The notes under the pieces: generated by a model | Databases searched by the model: none | Told to the model about the DNA's origin: nothing | The model's input: only the letters and a program-made list of their open reading frames with translations | Position numbers and translations under genes: made by a program | Shown here: piece after piece, positions 1 through 11,305 of the stretch | Layout: the number at the start of each line of letters is the position of its first letter | Numbering within the stretch: the first letter of the stretch is position 1 | DNA from: Chitinivibrionales bacterium | GTDB lineage: Bacteria; Fibrobacterota; Chitinivibrionia; Chitinivibrionales; JANQEN01 | Direction: 5' to 3' | Assembly (NCBI GenBank): GCA_028278335.1 | Contig: JANQEN010000126.1 | Location: 1 to 52,582 of the forward strand | Length of the DNA stretch: 52,582 nt

Positions 1-118
1 AGACTTTCAGGCTTTTCGGCCATATCACCTTGTAGATATGCCCTTCAAAACCTTCAAGTCTTACTAAATCATAATCTTGCACTTCTGCATCTACTCCTAC
101 CGCATAATCTGGGATTAA
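1..118 (-). mobile_element. Partial copy (window-truncated) of a ~172-bp MITE-like element, reverse orientation. It ends with the terminal inverted repeat ...ctactcctaccgcataatctgggattaa.
   Basis: Bases 1-118 are near-identical to the reverse complement of 45780-45918. The terminal motif GCATAATCTGGG(A)TTAA matches the TIR of the full copy. Confidence 0.7.
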
Positions 119-132
119 CAATTTGGTTAAGC

Positions 133-170
133 AAAAAAAAACTCATCAGCTTGTATAGTACTGATGAGTT
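133..170 (-). terminator. Rho-independent terminator downstream of the csp gene.
   Basis: 10-bp perfect stem aactcatcag/ctgatgagtt (140-170). It is followed on the minus strand by a U-run (A8 at 133-140 on the plus strand), immediately 3' of the csp stop. Confidence 0.7.
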
Positions 171-206
171 ATCAAATCGATTTATTGACTAATAAATAAT
201 TATAAT

Positions 207-419
207 CTAACCGATAATTTTAACATCCTCTGCTTGAAGTCCTTTTTTTCCCTGAGTGATAGCGAATTCAACTTCCTGTCCCTCTTCTAAAGTCTTATAC
301 CCATCCATAGTGATGGATTTGAAATGGACGAATACATCGTCATCATCATCACGTTTGATGAAACCAAAACCCTTGGTAGAATTAAACCACTTCACTGTAC
401 CAGTTTGACGCTCTGACAT
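207..419 (-). CDS. Cold-shock protein, CspA family (S1-like cold shock domain).
   Basis: 70 aa. [12 protein letters not shown] (RNP1) and VFVHF (RNP2) motifs. Size typical of CspA family. Confidence 0.9.
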   Translation of the reverse strand: MSERQTGTVKWFNSTKGFGFIKRDDDDDVFVHFKSITMDGYKTLEEGQEVEFAITQGKKGLQAEDVKIIG

Positions 420-539
420 AAAAAAACCTTTCGTAAATAAAAAACATGTAACTATAAGCTACAGGTAATATAGCTCGTATTTGATTTCTTTTGCAAGATT
501 TTTTTAAAAAAACCCTGATATTAATAAATTAACTGGGCC

Positions 540-995
540 CTATGTTCCCGTATGCCCAAATCCTCCAGCGCCTCGCTTTGTTTCAGAGAGCTTTTCCGTT
601 TCTTTAAAATCAACATCCAAAGGTACAGACATGGGGACCAACTGTGCTATACGCTCACCCCTTTTAATCTCAAAGGGTTCACTCCCAAGATTGATTAAAA
701 TAACCTTCACTTCGCCTCTGTAATCGGAATCAATTGTCCCGGGCGTATTAAGCACGGTCACGCCATGTTTAATCGCTAAACCGCTTCGTGGACGAACCTG
801 CACCTCCTGCCCTTGCGGAATTTCAAAACAGAACCCTGTCGGAACCAATAATCGCTCTCCCGGTTCTAAAAGTGCAGAGCTCTCAATTGCTGCGCACACA
901 TCACAACCACTTGATCCCTTGGTTTGTTTATGAGGAAGCGGGAGCCCTTCTGCATGAGCAAGTCGCTTTACTGCTATAAATTGTATCTTTTCCAT
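540..995 (-). CDS. dut: dUTP diphosphatase (dUTPase).
   Basis: 151 aa. Conserved dUTPase motifs: [10 protein letters not shown] and the C-terminal [10 protein letters not shown] motif 5. Confidence 0.9.
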   Translation of the reverse strand: MEKIQFIAVKRLAHAEGLPLPHKQTKGSSGCDVCAAIESSALLEPGERLLVPTGFCFEIPQGQEVQVRPRSGLAIKHGVTVLNTPGTIDSDYRGEVKVILINLGSEPFEIKRGERIAQLVPMSVPLDVDFKETEKLSETKRGAGGFGHTGT

Positions 996-1009
996 TGGTT
1001 CACTCTTTG

Positions 1010-1045
1010 CTAAAATAAAAGGGGAGCGGAAGATGCTCCCCTTTT
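1010..1045 (-). terminator. Rho-independent terminator 3' of pnp.
   Basis: GC stem ggggagc...gctcccc (1021-1041). On the minus strand it is followed by TTTTATTTT. It lies between the pnp stop (1070) and the dut start (995). Confidence 0.6.
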
Positions 1046-1069
1046 GTTCAATAGTGTAACGTTTGTTAT

Positions 1070-3163
1070 TTACTTATTCTTGGCTAATGCTTTGATGCTC
1101 AAACGAGGCTTCCCACGATCAAAGCCGATTAATTTAACTTGAACCATGTCACCCACCTTTAGAACATCTTCCACTTTATTAACTCTGTGCGGTGCAAGTT
1201 CAGAAATGTGAATCAGCCCATCTTTGCCGGGCATAAATTCAGCAAAGGCACCAAAATCAACAATAGTCTTTACTTTCGCATCGTAAATGGCATTGAGTTC
1301 AGGTTCAGCAACAATACCCTTTATTCTTTCCAATGCCTTATCCGCACCAGATTTCTCAGTTGCAAAAACGCGAACTGAGCCATCATCTTCAATGGTGATA
1401 GTTGTATCGGTTGTTTCTTGGATTTCACGTATAATTTTACCACCGGGTCCAATAATATCGCCAATTTTTTCCTTGTCAATGGTAATTGTTGAAATACAGG
1501 GAGCAAACTTGGAAAGCTCTTTGCGAGGAGCAGGAATTGCAGCTTCCATCTTATCTAAAATGGTATGACGTGCTGTATGAGCTTTGGCAAGAGCATCCTT
1601 CATAAGCTCTGGAGTAATCCCATCAATCTTGATATCCATTTGGATAGCAGTGATTCCATCACGGGTTCCGGCAACCTTAAAATCCATATCTCCCATATGA
1701 TCTTCTGTTCCCAAAATATCCGTAAGAATCGCAACCTTTTCTCCCTCTTTAACTAAGCCCATAGCAACTCCAGCCACATGGGTTTTAATCGGAACGCCTG
1801 CTGCCATGAGTGAAAGAGACCCACTACAGACCGTGGCCATGGAAGAGGAGCCATTGGACTCCATTACCTCTGATACGATACGAATAGTATAGGGAAAATT
1901 TGCTTCTGCTGGGAGTATTGGGGCTAAAGATCGCTCCGCCAAATTTCCGTGACCAATTTCTCGGCGACTAACAAAGCCCATTCTCTTTGCTTCACCAACA
2001 GAGTAGGGTGGAAAATTATAGTGCAACATATAGGATTTATTGTACTCTGCTTGAATACCATCAATCCGTTGTTCATCCAATTTTGTACCTAAAGTAGTAA
2101 CACCAAGACTCTGGGTTTCCCCACGGGTAAATAGTGCAGAACCATGCGCTCGCGGTAGGATATCTAAATCGCAGGTAATGTCACGAATTGTATCACAGTC
2201 ACGCTCACCAATGCGAACACCACTTTCCAAAATAGTTTTGCGCATATCTTCCACTTCAAGTTCATGAAAGGCACCGGCAATAGCTTTTTCCTTTTCAGGA
2301 AATTGTTCAGCAAGTTGTTCCTGCGCTTCACTTAAGAGCTTATCCATACCAGCGTAGCGTTTCTTTTTATCACCACAAAAGCTCACTTCATGAATTTTGT
2401 CTTGTACAAGATCCTTAACTGCCTGGGCAATTTCTGGTTCTTCAACTTTTGCAGATTCAAAGGTTTTCTCGGGAACATCAAGCTTGCTGAGTAGCTCTTT
2501 TTGTAGGCCCACAAGTTTCTTAATATTTTCATGAGCAAAGGAAATTGCTTCAACGAATTTATCCTCTTCGAGCTCAAACGCTCCACCTTCAACCATCATA
2601 ATTGACTCTTCTGTGCCAGCAACGACAAGGTCTAAGGGGCTACTAGCTGTTTCTTCAATAGTAGGAAAGACTTTAAGCTTATCATCGACAATACCAACAC
2701 GAACACAGGCAACTGGTTGGCTAAAGGGAAGTTCTGACATACATAAAGAAACAGAAGCTGCAGTCACCGCCATAACATCGGCACTATATTTTTCATCTGC
2801 AGAGATTACTGTGTTGATAATCTGAACTTCATTAAAATAGCCATCAGGAAAGAGCGGGCGAATCGGTCTATCTACTATACGGGCACTCAGGACTTCACTT
2901 TCGCTTGGCTTTCCTTCCCGTTTAAAAAAACCACCCGGTATCTTGCCAGCAGCATAGGTCTTGGCGATAAATTCGACGGTGAGCGGGAAAAAATCGATCT
3001 CATCTCGCGCTTGGCCACCACAGGCTGTGGTTAACACCATTGTATCACCCATACGAATGACCGCGGAACCATTTGCCTGTCGGGCCATACGTCCGGTCTC
3101 TAATGAAATGGTTACACCATTCATTTCAAGTTCTGACGTTTGAATTGTCATTAATTTCTCCAA
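1070..3163 (-). CDS. pnp: Polynucleotide phosphorylase (polyribonucleotide nucleotidyltransferase).
   Basis: 697 aa. Two RNase PH-like domains, KH and C-terminal S1 domain. Typical N-terminus and conserved position after rpsO. Confidence 0.95.
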   Translation of the reverse strand: MEKLMTIQTSELEMNGVTISLETGRMARQANGSAVIRMGDTMVLTTACGGQARDEIDFFPLTVEFIAKTYAAGKIPGGFFKREGKPSESEVLSARIVDRPIRPLFPDGYFNEVQIINTVISADEKYSADVMAVTAASVSLCMSELPFSQPVACVRVGIVDDKLKVFPTIEETASSPLDLVVAGTEESIMMVEGGAFELEEDKFVEAISFAHENIKKLVGLQKELLSKLDVPEKTFESAKVEEPEIAQAVKDLVQDKIHEVSFCGDKKKRYAGMDKLLSEAQEQLAEQFPEKEKAIAGAFHELEVEDMRKTILESGVRIGERDCDTIRDITCDLDILPRAHGSALFTRGETQSLGVTTLGTKLDEQRIDGIQAEYNKSYMLHYNFPPYSVGEAKRMGFVSRREIGHGNLAERSLAPILPAEANFPYTIRIVSEVMESNGSSSMATVCSGSLSLMAAGVPIKTHVAGVAMGLVKEGEKVAILTDILGTEDHMGDMDFKVAGTRDGITAIQMDIKIDGITPELMKDALAKAHTARHTILDKMEAAIPAPRKELSKFAPCISTITIDKEKIGDIIGPGGKIIREIQETTDTTITIEDDGSVRVFATEKSGADKALERIKGIVAEPELNAIYDAKVKTIVDFGAFAEFMPGKDGLIHISELAPHRVNKVEDVLKVGDMVQVKLIGFDRGKPRLSIKALAKNK

Positions 3164-3260
3164 TTAAAATTGTGGGGAACACTCTAAAGCATTTACTAAT
3201 CCATCATGGAAGAGATGCTTGAGTCCTCTTAAACACATGTTAACGTTTTTAATGGTGCTA

Positions 3261-3530
3261 TTACTTTCTAATACCAAGTTTTTTAATCAGCGTTCTGTAA
3301 CCCTCAATATTGGTATCTTTAAGGTAGTCTAGCAATCCTCTTCTTTGGCCAACTAACTTTAAGAGGCCATAACGCGTATGATTATCCTTTTTATGTACCT
3401 TCAAATGGGCGGTAAGGTCATTAATACGCTGAGTGAGAAGGGCTATCTGTACATCTGTGTTTCCAGAATCATTTTCATTTGCACCAAATTCTGAAATAAT
3501 TTCTTTCTTACGCTCCTTTGTAAGAGGCAT
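3261..3530 (-). CDS. rpsO: 30S ribosomal protein S15.
   Basis: 89 aa. S15 signature [12 protein letters not shown]. Position upstream of pnp. Confidence 0.95.
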   Translation of the reverse strand: MPLTKERKKEIISEFGANENDSGNTDVQIALLTQRINDLTAHLKVHKKDNHTRYGLLKLVGQRRGLLDYLKDTNIEGYRTLIKKLGIRK

Positions 3531-3537
3531 AACTGTT

Positions 3538-4473
3538 CTACTCCTTTTGAAAAAACTGTATTACTGAATTGATATCCTTTTTAATTTGTTCAACAAGCAG
3601 ATCAACCGTTGTGAAGGTTGTATCATACCTAATGAAATTGTAGAGCCACAATGCTACTTTTTCTTGTAGTTTCGGGTCAGTCTCGATGGGATCCAAGGAA
3701 TAAAATTCAAAGTGATAATCCCGATCACCAAAGGTAGGACAGTTCCCGAAGTAGAGAGCTCCACATAGTTTATATGAGCCATATTCAACGGCTGCTGCGT
3801 AAACACCAGGTGGTGGAATGACTTTATGCGAAGGGGGGCAACGAAAATTTAAGGTGGGGTATCCTAATTCAGTACCCTTTTTCTTGCCTCGAATCCGCTC
3901 TGCAAGGATCACGTATGGGTGTCCCAGCATCTCCACAGCTTTGTCAACATGACTTGCACTTAATAATGTTCGAATTCTGGTAGATGACACAGTTGACGAT
4001 TCATCTGCATGCAGATCCACAGAAATCATAGAAAAATGGTTTTTGCCACCTATATTTTGCAAAAAGTTATGATCACCGGATTTATTTTTTCCAAAGGTAT
4101 GATTCTTTCCCATTATCCATTCCACTGCACCAAAACGCCTTATAAGGATTTTTTGCACAAACTCCTCGGGCGACATTTCAGCGATTTCCTGATTAAAATG
4201 GATACAGGCTAGGGTATCTATACCATATTTCTTTAAGAGGATGGCCTTTTCATCTAACGTTGTTAGGTAATGAAAAACGGTTTGAGGAATAAAATAGGAT
4301 CGCGTATGTGGCTCAAAGGTGAGCACAATAGATCGGGCATTTCGCTCTTTTGCCCGGGTTATAAGTGTTTCAAGCAAAACCCTGTGTCCCACATGAACCC
4401 CATCAAAATTACCTACTGTAATAACGCTCTTTTGAGCAGCTCCTAGAGGTGAGTCTGGTTTAATTATATGCAT
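3538..4473 (-). CDS. ribF: Bifunctional riboflavin kinase / FMN adenylyltransferase.
   Basis: 311 aa. N-terminal [10 protein letters not shown] nucleotidyltransferase motif. C-terminal riboflavin kinase domain. Synteny truB-ribF-rpsO. Confidence 0.9.
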   Translation of the reverse strand: MHIIKPDSPLGAAQKSVITVGNFDGVHVGHRVLLETLITRAKERNARSIVLTFEPHTRSYFIPQTVFHYLTTLDEKAILLKKYGIDTLACIHFNQEIAEMSPEEFVQKILIRRFGAVEWIMGKNHTFGKNKSGDHNFLQNIGGKNHFSMISVDLHADESSTVSSTRIRTLLSASHVDKAVEMLGHPYVILAERIRGKKKGTELGYPTLNFRCPPSHKVIPPPGVYAAAVEYGSYKLCGALYFGNCPTFGDRDYHFEFYSLDPIETDPKLQEKVALWLYNFIRYDTTFTTVDLLVEQIKKDINSVIQFFQKE

Positions 4474-4475
4474 AC

Positions 4476-5333
4476 CTAAACAAACACCTTTTCTGGGTGG
4501 TAGCGACCAGGTCCTTTTTTATTGGCAACAGCCATTAATACTCGCTCTGGTGAAAACATAAGCACCGTTGGAGAATCGACCGTTTCGTCTACGTCAAACT
4601 CCTTACCATACTGCACTGCATCGACCTGTTGGGGGTTTGCCGTAAAGGAGGGGAAACCAGAAAACATCTCATATATTGAGATGATATGGCTTTTTGCATC
4701 TCTTTGTAGTATGTCAAGGGTGATTGCCTTTTCCACGGTATGTTTAGCAATAGCAGTTCGCCGAATTGATGAGGCAAACCCCACAGACCCTGCCTGTAAA
4801 GCAATGTCTCGCGCCAAGGATCGAACATACACCCCCTTGGAACAAACAGTTTCCAAAGAGGCTTCATCATTGTTATAACTGAGAAGTGTCATCTTGTGAA
4901 TGGTAATCATCCGTTTCGGCATTTCTACCGGTTTATTCTTTCGCGCTAAAGCATAAGCTCGGGTACCATTAATTTTAATAGCCGAATACTGTGGTGGTTC
5001 CTGTTCAATTGATCCCAAAAAGGGCTTGAGGGCATCTACAAGTTTTTTTTCAGAGGGAATGGGTTTCCCTTCATCAATTAAGGCTCCCTCACTATCTAAG
5101 GTGTCGGTAGTCTTACCAAACAGTATCGAAAATTGATACATCTTAGGTTCAGAGGGAAGATAGGGTAGTAGTCGCGTTGCTTTGCCAATTGCCAACAACA
5201 AGAGTCCTGTAGCGCAGGGGTCGAGGGTGCCACTATGACCGATTTTTTTAATCGACAGTGCTTTCCGAGCTTGTCGAATTACGTCAAATGAACTCAGTCC
5301 CTGTGGCTTATCTACAAGAATGAAACCATCCAA
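4476..5333 (-). CDS. truB: tRNA pseudouridine(55) synthase.
   Basis: 285 aa. Catalytic motif HSGTLDPCATGLL. Synteny downstream of rbfA. Confidence 0.9.
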   Translation of the reverse strand: MDGFILVDKPQGLSSFDVIRQARKALSIKKIGHSGTLDPCATGLLLLAIGKATRLLPYLPSEPKMYQFSILFGKTTDTLDSEGALIDEGKPIPSEKKLVDALKPFLGSIEQEPPQYSAIKINGTRAYALARKNKPVEMPKRMITIHKMTLLSYNNDEASLETVCSKGVYVRSLARDIALQAGSVGFASSIRRTAIAKHTVEKAITLDILQRDAKSHIISIYEMFSGFPSFTANPQQVDAVQYGKEFDVDETVDSPTVLMFSPERVLMAVANKKGPGRYHPEKVFV

Positions 5334-5336
5334 AGG

Positions 5337-6305
5337 CTACCCCAGTTTCTCTTTAATCATAGCAAGCATCTTTTCTATTGCTTTGTCAAGAGGAAGATCT
5401 ATGGTACATCCGGCAGCACAGGTATGGCCACCACCGCCGGGTATGGCCTGAGCAATTTTTCCAACATCCACGGTCCCCTTTGAACGGAGGCTGAAATGCG
5501 TGGTGTCCTCGGAGTATTTAATAAAGAGTCCTACCTCAACATCAGATCCTATGAGAGCCTGATCAGACATACCCTCGATGTCTCCATAAAATATTCCCAA
5601 GTTGTCAATCTGTTCTGTGGAAATCTCCATGGAGCAAATTCGATTATTATGATACAGCTTGAGTGTTGACCAAATTTTTGCCCGTAACTTTAGGCCCTGT
5701 GTGCTATAGGATGAATAAATCTTGCGATATATCTCGGAACAATCAGCGCCTAACTCGGCCAATCCAGCACAGATACGTAAAACTTCTTTGTCTGTATTAG
5801 AGAAAGCAAATCCACCAGTATCGGTTAAAATACCGGCGTAAATTGTCTCAGCAATTGAGCTGGGATAGGATATAGAACAGGCTTGAAAAAATTCATAGAG
5901 CATTAAGCTTGTTGCGGCAGCGTCACAATTGATAATATTGAGATGACCAAACCGAGAGTTGTCTTTGTGATGATCAATATTTACAATATAGGAAGCGATC
6001 TCTTCATACCCCTCCCAACCTATTCTTCCTGGATTTGAAGCATCTAAAATCACCAATACGTCAAATTTTTTAGAGGGATGATCGGTAACAATTTTATCAC
6101 TGTTCTCTAAAAAATGAAATTTTGACGGCACAGGATTAGTATTAAAAATGACCGCCTGTTTCCCTAAAGAACAGATGTACCAATACAACGCCAGTTGTGA
6201 ACAGATACAATCGCCATCTGGATTTACATGAGAGGAGAGAATAAATGAGTCATGGGACTCGATAGTTTCCTTTAATTTAGACCAAGTCATCCTTAATTTT
6301 CTCAA
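5337..6305 (-). CDS. DHH/DHHA1 family phosphoesterase (NrnA-like nanoRNase / pAp phosphatase).
   Basis: 322 aa. DHH motif (NIDHHKDN), GGGH motif (GGGGHTCAAG) of the DHHA1 domain. Commonly embedded in nusA-infB-rbfA operons. Confidence 0.8.
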   Translation of the reverse strand: MRKLRMTWSKLKETIESHDSFILSSHVNPDGDCICSQLALYWYICSLGKQAVIFNTNPVPSKFHFLENSDKIVTDHPSKKFDVLVILDASNPGRIGWEGYEEIASYIVNIDHHKDNSRFGHLNIINCDAAATSLMLYEFFQACSISYPSSIAETIYAGILTDTGGFAFSNTDKEVLRICAGLAELGADCSEIYRKIYSSYSTQGLKLRAKIWSTLKLYHNNRICSMEISTEQIDNLGIFYGDIEGMSDQALIGSDVEVGLFIKYSEDTTHFSLRSKGTVDVGKIAQAIPGGGGHTCAAGCTIDLPLDKAIEKMLAMIKEKLG

Positions 6306-6636
6306 GTAAATTATTTATACGCTCACTATACTCAAAGGATGAGTCAATTTTAAAAGAGAGTTTTGGGAAGTTTTTTATCTTCACCTTGGCAGCAACACAC
6401 TTTTGAATGAATGAAGATGCTCGGTTCAGTGCTATAAGAGAGCCTTTCTTCTCTTTTTCATCGCCATAGATACTGATAAACACGACAGCACTACGCGTGT
6501 CCGGCGCCAGCTTAACTTCAGTCACAGTAACCACATCAGGAATACGGGGATCATTGATCTTATTGGCAATCGTCCATGAAATTTCACGGAGCAGTTGCTC
6601 TTTTAATCGATCAAGATGAAACTGTACCGAGGACAT
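6277..6636 (-). CDS. rbfA: Ribosome-binding factor A.
   Basis: 119 aa. KH-like RbfA fold signature. Position immediately 3' of infB. 29-bp overlap with the DHH gene. Confidence 0.85.
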   Translation of the reverse strand: MSSVQFHLDRLKEQLLREISWTIANKINDPRIPDVVTVTEVKLAPDTRSAVVFISIYGDEKEKKGSLIALNRASSFIQKCVAAKVKIKNFPKLSFKIDSSFEYSERINNLLEKIKDDLV

Positions 6637-6641
6637 TCGAA

Positions 6642-9020
6642 CTACTCTTTCCGTGTCAACTTTCTTGAAACTGAAACCTTCTCATACACCTCAATGCGAT
6701 CGCCAACTTGATAGTCGGAATGTTTATCCAAAGTAATACCACACTCATATCCAGACTGTACTTCCCGCACATCATCTTTATGACGTTTCAGGGAGGACAC
6801 CTTAGAATCAACAAGCTCAATATCGTCGCGGATCAAACGAGCCAAGGCATTACGAACAACGGTTCCCGATGTTATCATACACCCTGCAATCTGCCCAAAC
6901 TTGGAAATCTTAAAGACCTGACGAATTTCAACATTGGCCACGACCTTTTCCTTTATTTCCGGTGCGAGCATACCTTCCATGGCATCCTGGATTTCACTGA
7001 CCGCTTCATAAATAATGCGGTATGTCCTGATGTCAATACCCTCTTGTCGAGCCAATTCACGAATCTTTGAATTTGGATTAAGATGAAAACCGACAATAAT
7101 TGCCTTTGACGCGGTAGCCAGCATGATATCGGTTTCTTTAATAGCGCCAACACTCTTGTGAATCACATTAACTTTGATTTCATTGGTAGAGAGCTTTTCC
7201 AGGGATGTAGCAAGCGCTTCAACAGAACCGTCCACATCGCCCTTGATAATGAGATTAAGTGTCTGAATTTCACCCTCTTGAATTGCCTCATAGAGGTGCT
7301 CCAAGGATACCGCACCAATCTTACGAAGTTCGCGCTCCTTTTGTGCCAGTCGTCTTCTGCCGCTTATCTCCCTCGCTTCCTTTTCTTCTTCTACAACCTT
7401 AAAGGAATCACCAGCTTGTGGTGTTCCAGAAAGACCAAGCACAACAACCGGTTGTGATGGGCCTGCCTGTTCAACCGATTTGCCTCGCTCGTTAAAAAGG
7501 TCACGAACTCGACCAAAATGGATACCCGTCACAAAGGAATCTCCTTTGTTAAGAGTCCCTTGCTTAATAAGAATAGTTGCAATTGCACCCTTTCCTTTGT
7601 CAAGCTCTGCTTCAATAACCACACCTCGGGCTAATCCTTTACTGGCAGCCTTCAATTCCAGGATCTCAGTTTCCAAGGCTAAAAGCTCTAATAGCTTGTC
7701 AACACCTTCACCGGTTTTTGCCGAAATGTCAACGGAGGAGATCTGACCACCGTAGTCGGATACCACGACATTGTATTGCGCCAACTCACCTTTGATTCTG
7801 TCAATATTGGCTGTGGGAAGATCAATTTTATTAATAGCAACGATAACCGGCACGTTTGCTGCTCTGGCATGGTCAATAGCTTCTTTTGTCTGTGGCATAA
7901 CACCGGAATCTGCGGCGACAATAAGTACAACCACGTCTGTTACTTGAGACCCACGGGCACGCATAGCAGTAAACGCTTCGTGTCCCGGTGTGTCAAGAAA
8001 GGTTATTTTTCCATGCCCAGTAACCACTTCATAGGCCGCAATATGCTGGGTAATACCACCCGCTTCGCCGGCAATAACATTGGTTTTACGGATATAATCA
8101 AGCAAAGAAGTTTTTCCATGATCAACATGTCCCATAATCGTGACAACCGGTGAGCGTGGTTCTAGCTCATACTCCACCTCATCGGCACTTAACTCGGCCT
8201 CCTCTTCAGCGTATTCACTCATAAGCTTGGCCGAGTAGCCAAACTCGTCGACGACCAACTCAATAGTTTCAAAATCTAATCGTTGGTTAATGGTTACAAA
8301 GAGACCCAATTCCAAGCACTTGGCTATTACCTCGGAGGCGTTAATGCTCATCATGTTAGCCAACTCATTGACCGTGACAAACTCACTGACATGGAGCTCC
8401 TTTTTCTCTTCATCGGCTTCCAAAGGCTTGTCAGTGATGTCTTTTTTGTATTTTTTCTTTGTGGAGCCAGCTCCAATTTTTGCCAAGGTTTTCTTGATAT
8501 TGGCCTTCATCTCTGTTTCATTAACTGCTTGTCTTTGATGGCGACCCTTACCACCTTTTTTCTTGGCCTTCTTAGCGGAGAGTGGTTTCTTCGCAGCAGA
8601 TTCAGTGCTTGCTGTCGCGGGAGTTTCCTCCTTAACAAGAATTTCATCTGCCTTTGAGTCTTCAAATTTAATCGTTGGTTTTTCTACGCTACGACGTACA
8701 TGCCTTCGTTCCCGAGGCTCTCTTTTCTTCGTCTCCTGGGGGGCAGCTTCCTCAGCAGCTTTAGGTTCAGTACTCTCTTTAGCTGGTTTACCCAGCAAGT
8801 CCTCTTTGGCTTTAGCCAACTTCTTTTTCTTTCGGGCATACTGCTTTTTAATTTCAGCCCGGTCCTGTTCAAACTTCTGTTTTATCTTATCGCGCAGGTT
8901 GCCGTCAACAGTGCTCATATGACTCTTTACAACAATACCCATTCCCCGCAACATCTGGATGAGCGCTTCACTTGAGACCTTGAATTCCTTTGCAAGATTG
9001 TAAACTTTTTCTTTTGCCAT
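6642..9020 (-). CDS. infB: Translation initiation factor IF-2.
   Basis: 792 aa. G domain [21 protein letters not shown]. Lys/Glu-rich N-terminal extension. Follows nusA. Confidence 0.95.
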   Translation of the reverse strand: MAKEKVYNLAKEFKVSSEALIQMLRGMGIVVKSHMSTVDGNLRDKIKQKFEQDRAEIKKQYARKKKKLAKAKEDLLGKPAKESTEPKAAEEAAPQETKKREPRERRHVRRSVEKPTIKFEDSKADEILVKEETPATASTESAAKKPLSAKKAKKKGGKGRHQRQAVNETEMKANIKKTLAKIGAGSTKKKYKKDITDKPLEADEEKKELHVSEFVTVNELANMMSINASEVIAKCLELGLFVTINQRLDFETIELVVDEFGYSAKLMSEYAEEEAELSADEVEYELEPRSPVVTIMGHVDHGKTSLLDYIRKTNVIAGEAGGITQHIAAYEVVTGHGKITFLDTPGHEAFTAMRARGSQVTDVVVLIVAADSGVMPQTKEAIDHARAANVPVIVAINKIDLPTANIDRIKGELAQYNVVVSDYGGQISSVDISAKTGEGVDKLLELLALETEILELKAASKGLARGVVIEAELDKGKGAIATILIKQGTLNKGDSFVTGIHFGRVRDLFNERGKSVEQAGPSQPVVVLGLSGTPQAGDSFKVVEEEKEAREISGRRRLAQKERELRKIGAVSLEHLYEAIQEGEIQTLNLIIKGDVDGSVEALATSLEKLSTNEIKVNVIHKSVGAIKETDIMLATASKAIIVGFHLNPNSKIRELARQEGIDIRTYRIIYEAVSEIQDAMEGMLAPEIKEKVVANVEIRQVFKISKFGQIAGCMITSGTVVRNALARLIRDDIELVDSKVSSLKRHKDDVREVQSGYECGITLDKHSDYQVGDRIEVYEKVSVSRKLTRKE

Positions 9021-9042
9021 GTAAGAGCCCTTTCGGCAATAC

Positions 9043-10479
9043 CTAGTTTCTATCGCTATCGTCTTCTTCCGGAGCTACTTCAGACTCCGCAATCACCTCT
9101 TCATCACTACTATCGTCCTGATTGACAAATTCCGCAGCCTCAGGTTCTTCTTCAGATTCAGGTTGTTCAGAAGATACTTTATCCCCATCTTCCAGTTCTA
9201 CTTTTTTATCGTCTGTATCACTTTCTTCAAGGGTCACCTCATCTTCGTTGTTTAGCCCATCTTCTGTAATGACAGATTCCTGCTCAGAAGCATCGACAGC
9301 ATCTTCATCACTGGTATCTTCGGGAGCTAAACCAAACTTCTCCTGTATTTTGTCGCTTAAAATCTCATCCCGTTGTTCTTCGGTAAGCTCATCGAATTCA
9401 ATATCACCATATATGTCGATCTCTTTTTCCAAAAATTTTGAGGAGAGACGAATATGCTGTCCCTCTTTTCCAATAGCCTGAGCAAGATCATCTTCACTGA
9501 CAATAACAACAATTTTTTCCAATCCTACCGGTATAACCCGCTTGACTTCAACCGGAGAAAAGACTCGTCGTACCAAGAGATTGATTTCATCGGTCCAATT
9601 AATAATATCCATTCGCTCATTGGAAAGTTCACGCACAATTGCCTGCACACGGTTACCCCGCATGCCAACACAGGCACCCACGGGATCTACGCGGCTATCA
9701 TTAGTTGCAACCGCTACCTTTGCTCGAAATCCAGGAGCTCTCACAATCTTTTTAATTTTTACGATGTTTTCGAATATTTCCGGTACTTCAATTTCAAAGA
9801 GTCGCTCTAAAAAGGACGGAGAGGTGCGTGACATAATAACCTGGGGCCCTTTTTGATTCTCCACAACCTCTTTAATGCAACCACGAACTGTATCACCCTG
9901 ACGAAACCGCTCTTTTTTAATCTGCTCTTTGTAAGGAAGCAGTGCTTCGGTTCTGCCCAAGTTGACTAACACATTTCCTTTGTCAATTTGCTGTACTGTT
10001 CCCGTAACCAGCTCACCAACACGTTGTGAATAATCTTCGAATACTTTTTGACGCTCGAACTCACGAATCCGTTGCATGATGATCTGTTTTGCTGTCTGAA
10101 TTGCTGCACGACCAAACTCATTGATATCAAGCTCGCCAACGACCTCGTCACCAATTTCAAGTTCTGGATCAATCTTCCGTGCCTCATCAAGTAAAATTTC
10201 TGCTGCAGGATCTTCTACAACTTCTACTACATTTTGAACAGTGTAAGCTTCTATAGTACCTTTCTCTTTGTCAACAGAAACCTCAACGTTTATAGAATTA
10301 TCAAGGTATTTCTTAGCCGCCGAGATAATAGCATCTTTTAAAGAATCAAGCACCACATTCATGCTTATGCTTTTCTCTTTAGTGACGGCACTGAGTGCTG
10401 CGACAATATCCATTGCCTTTATTGCTTCACTTTTTTTCTTCTTTTGAGTAGCCATTATCGCCCTATCCTTCTCGATCAA
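9043..10479 (-). CDS. nusA: Transcription termination/antitermination factor NusA with a long acidic C-terminal tail.
   Basis: 478 aa. S1 and KH domains. ~110-aa Asp/Glu/Ser-rich C-terminus. Position between rimP and infB. Confidence 0.9.
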   Translation of the reverse strand: MIEKDRAIMATQKKKKSEAIKAMDIVAALSAVTKEKSISMNVVLDSLKDAIISAAKKYLDNSINVEVSVDKEKGTIEAYTVQNVVEVVEDPAAEILLDEARKIDPELEIGDEVVGELDINEFGRAAIQTAKQIIMQRIREFERQKVFEDYSQRVGELVTGTVQQIDKGNVLVNLGRTEALLPYKEQIKKERFRQGDTVRGCIKEVVENQKGPQVIMSRTSPSFLERLFEIEVPEIFENIVKIKKIVRAPGFRAKVAVATNDSRVDPVGACVGMRGNRVQAIVRELSNERMDIINWTDEINLLVRRVFSPVEVKRVIPVGLEKIVVIVSEDDLAQAIGKEGQHIRLSSKFLEKEIDIYGDIEFDELTEEQRDEILSDKIQEKFGLAPEDTSDEDAVDASEQESVITEDGLNNEDEVTLEESDTDDKKVELEDGDKVSSEQPESEEEPEAAEFVNQDDSSDEEVIAESEVAPEEDDSDRN

Positions 10480-10484
10480 TAATG

Positions 10485-10979
10485 TTATTTAAAAGTAACT
10501 TCCACTTTTCCACTATGTACCGTGGAAAGGGGAATTGTTACGGTCTTTCCTTTTGAATTCAGCTTCAAAGAGCCCTCTTTACAATCCATAAGAGTCCCCC
10601 GCATCACCTTCTGTTTTGGGTCTTCTTCTTGAAGAAACAGTTTAACATCCTTTCCAAGAACCCGTGAAAAATCTTTCTCCGTGGTGAGTAACCTATCGAT
10701 TCCAGGAGAAGAGACCTCCAATGTGTAGGTACTATCGGAGAAATTTTCCACATCCAATAATATTGATACTTCATGGCTCACCTCTTCACAATCCTTTATC
10801 GAGACACCGCCCTCTTTATCAATAAAGGCTCTTACTATGGAACGCTTCCCTGCCTTGATATATTTCAACTCCACAAGATCAAATCCTAAACGTGTCAGTT
10901 TTTTTTCAATCAAAGGTTGTAGCTGATCAATTGTTGGCATGAAAGTTTCCACTATAAAAAAACGGGCTTCCGCCCGCAT
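10485..10979 (-). CDS. rimP: Ribosome maturation factor RimP.
   Basis: 164 aa. RimP/YhbC family. First gene of the nusA operon. Confidence 0.8.
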   Translation of the reverse strand: MRAEARFFIVETFMPTIDQLQPLIEKKLTRLGFDLVELKYIKAGKRSIVRAFIDKEGGVSIKDCEEVSHEVSILLDVENFSDSTYTLEVSSPGIDRLLTTEKDFSRVLGKDVKLFLQEEDPKQKVMRGTLMDCKEGSLKLNSKGKTVTIPLSTVHSGKVEVTFK

Positions 10980-11028
10980 TCAAAAGCAACCCAAATAATT
11001 ATATAAATATAAGTGTTTTTTAGTAATT

Positions 11029-11057
11029 TTGACAAGATATATTCAGATAATTATAAT
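11029..11057 (+). promoter_or_regulatory. Consensus sigma-70-type promoter TTGACA-17-TATAAT.
   Basis: ttgaca at 11029-11034, exact 17-nt spacer, tataat at 11052-11057. In the divergent rimP / mraY-like intergenic region. Confidence 0.45.
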
Positions 11058-11305
11058 AATGTAATACGTAATCATTTTCTTTTAAGCGATCGACCAGTAG
11101 AAAAATCACCCCACAGGGACTATAAACTCATTAAATAGCCAAAATAGATTCGCTATATTTATTCTTTGAAACTGGACAATCCTCTACATTATTGTATTTT
11201 TTTATTGTATACTATTGTGAAATAGTAGGTTATCCGCCTTTGGACTATTCACTGGTTCAGAATTTTTGTGCGAGGAGATAACCTTATTTATGAAAAAGGG
11301 CTACT

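Noticed and set aside
1187-8975. Numerous 60-125 aa ORFs antisense to or out of frame within pnp, ribF, truB, infB and nusA.
   Set aside because: They are fully embedded in strongly supported conserved genes. They have no independent signals and are typical spurious antisense frames.
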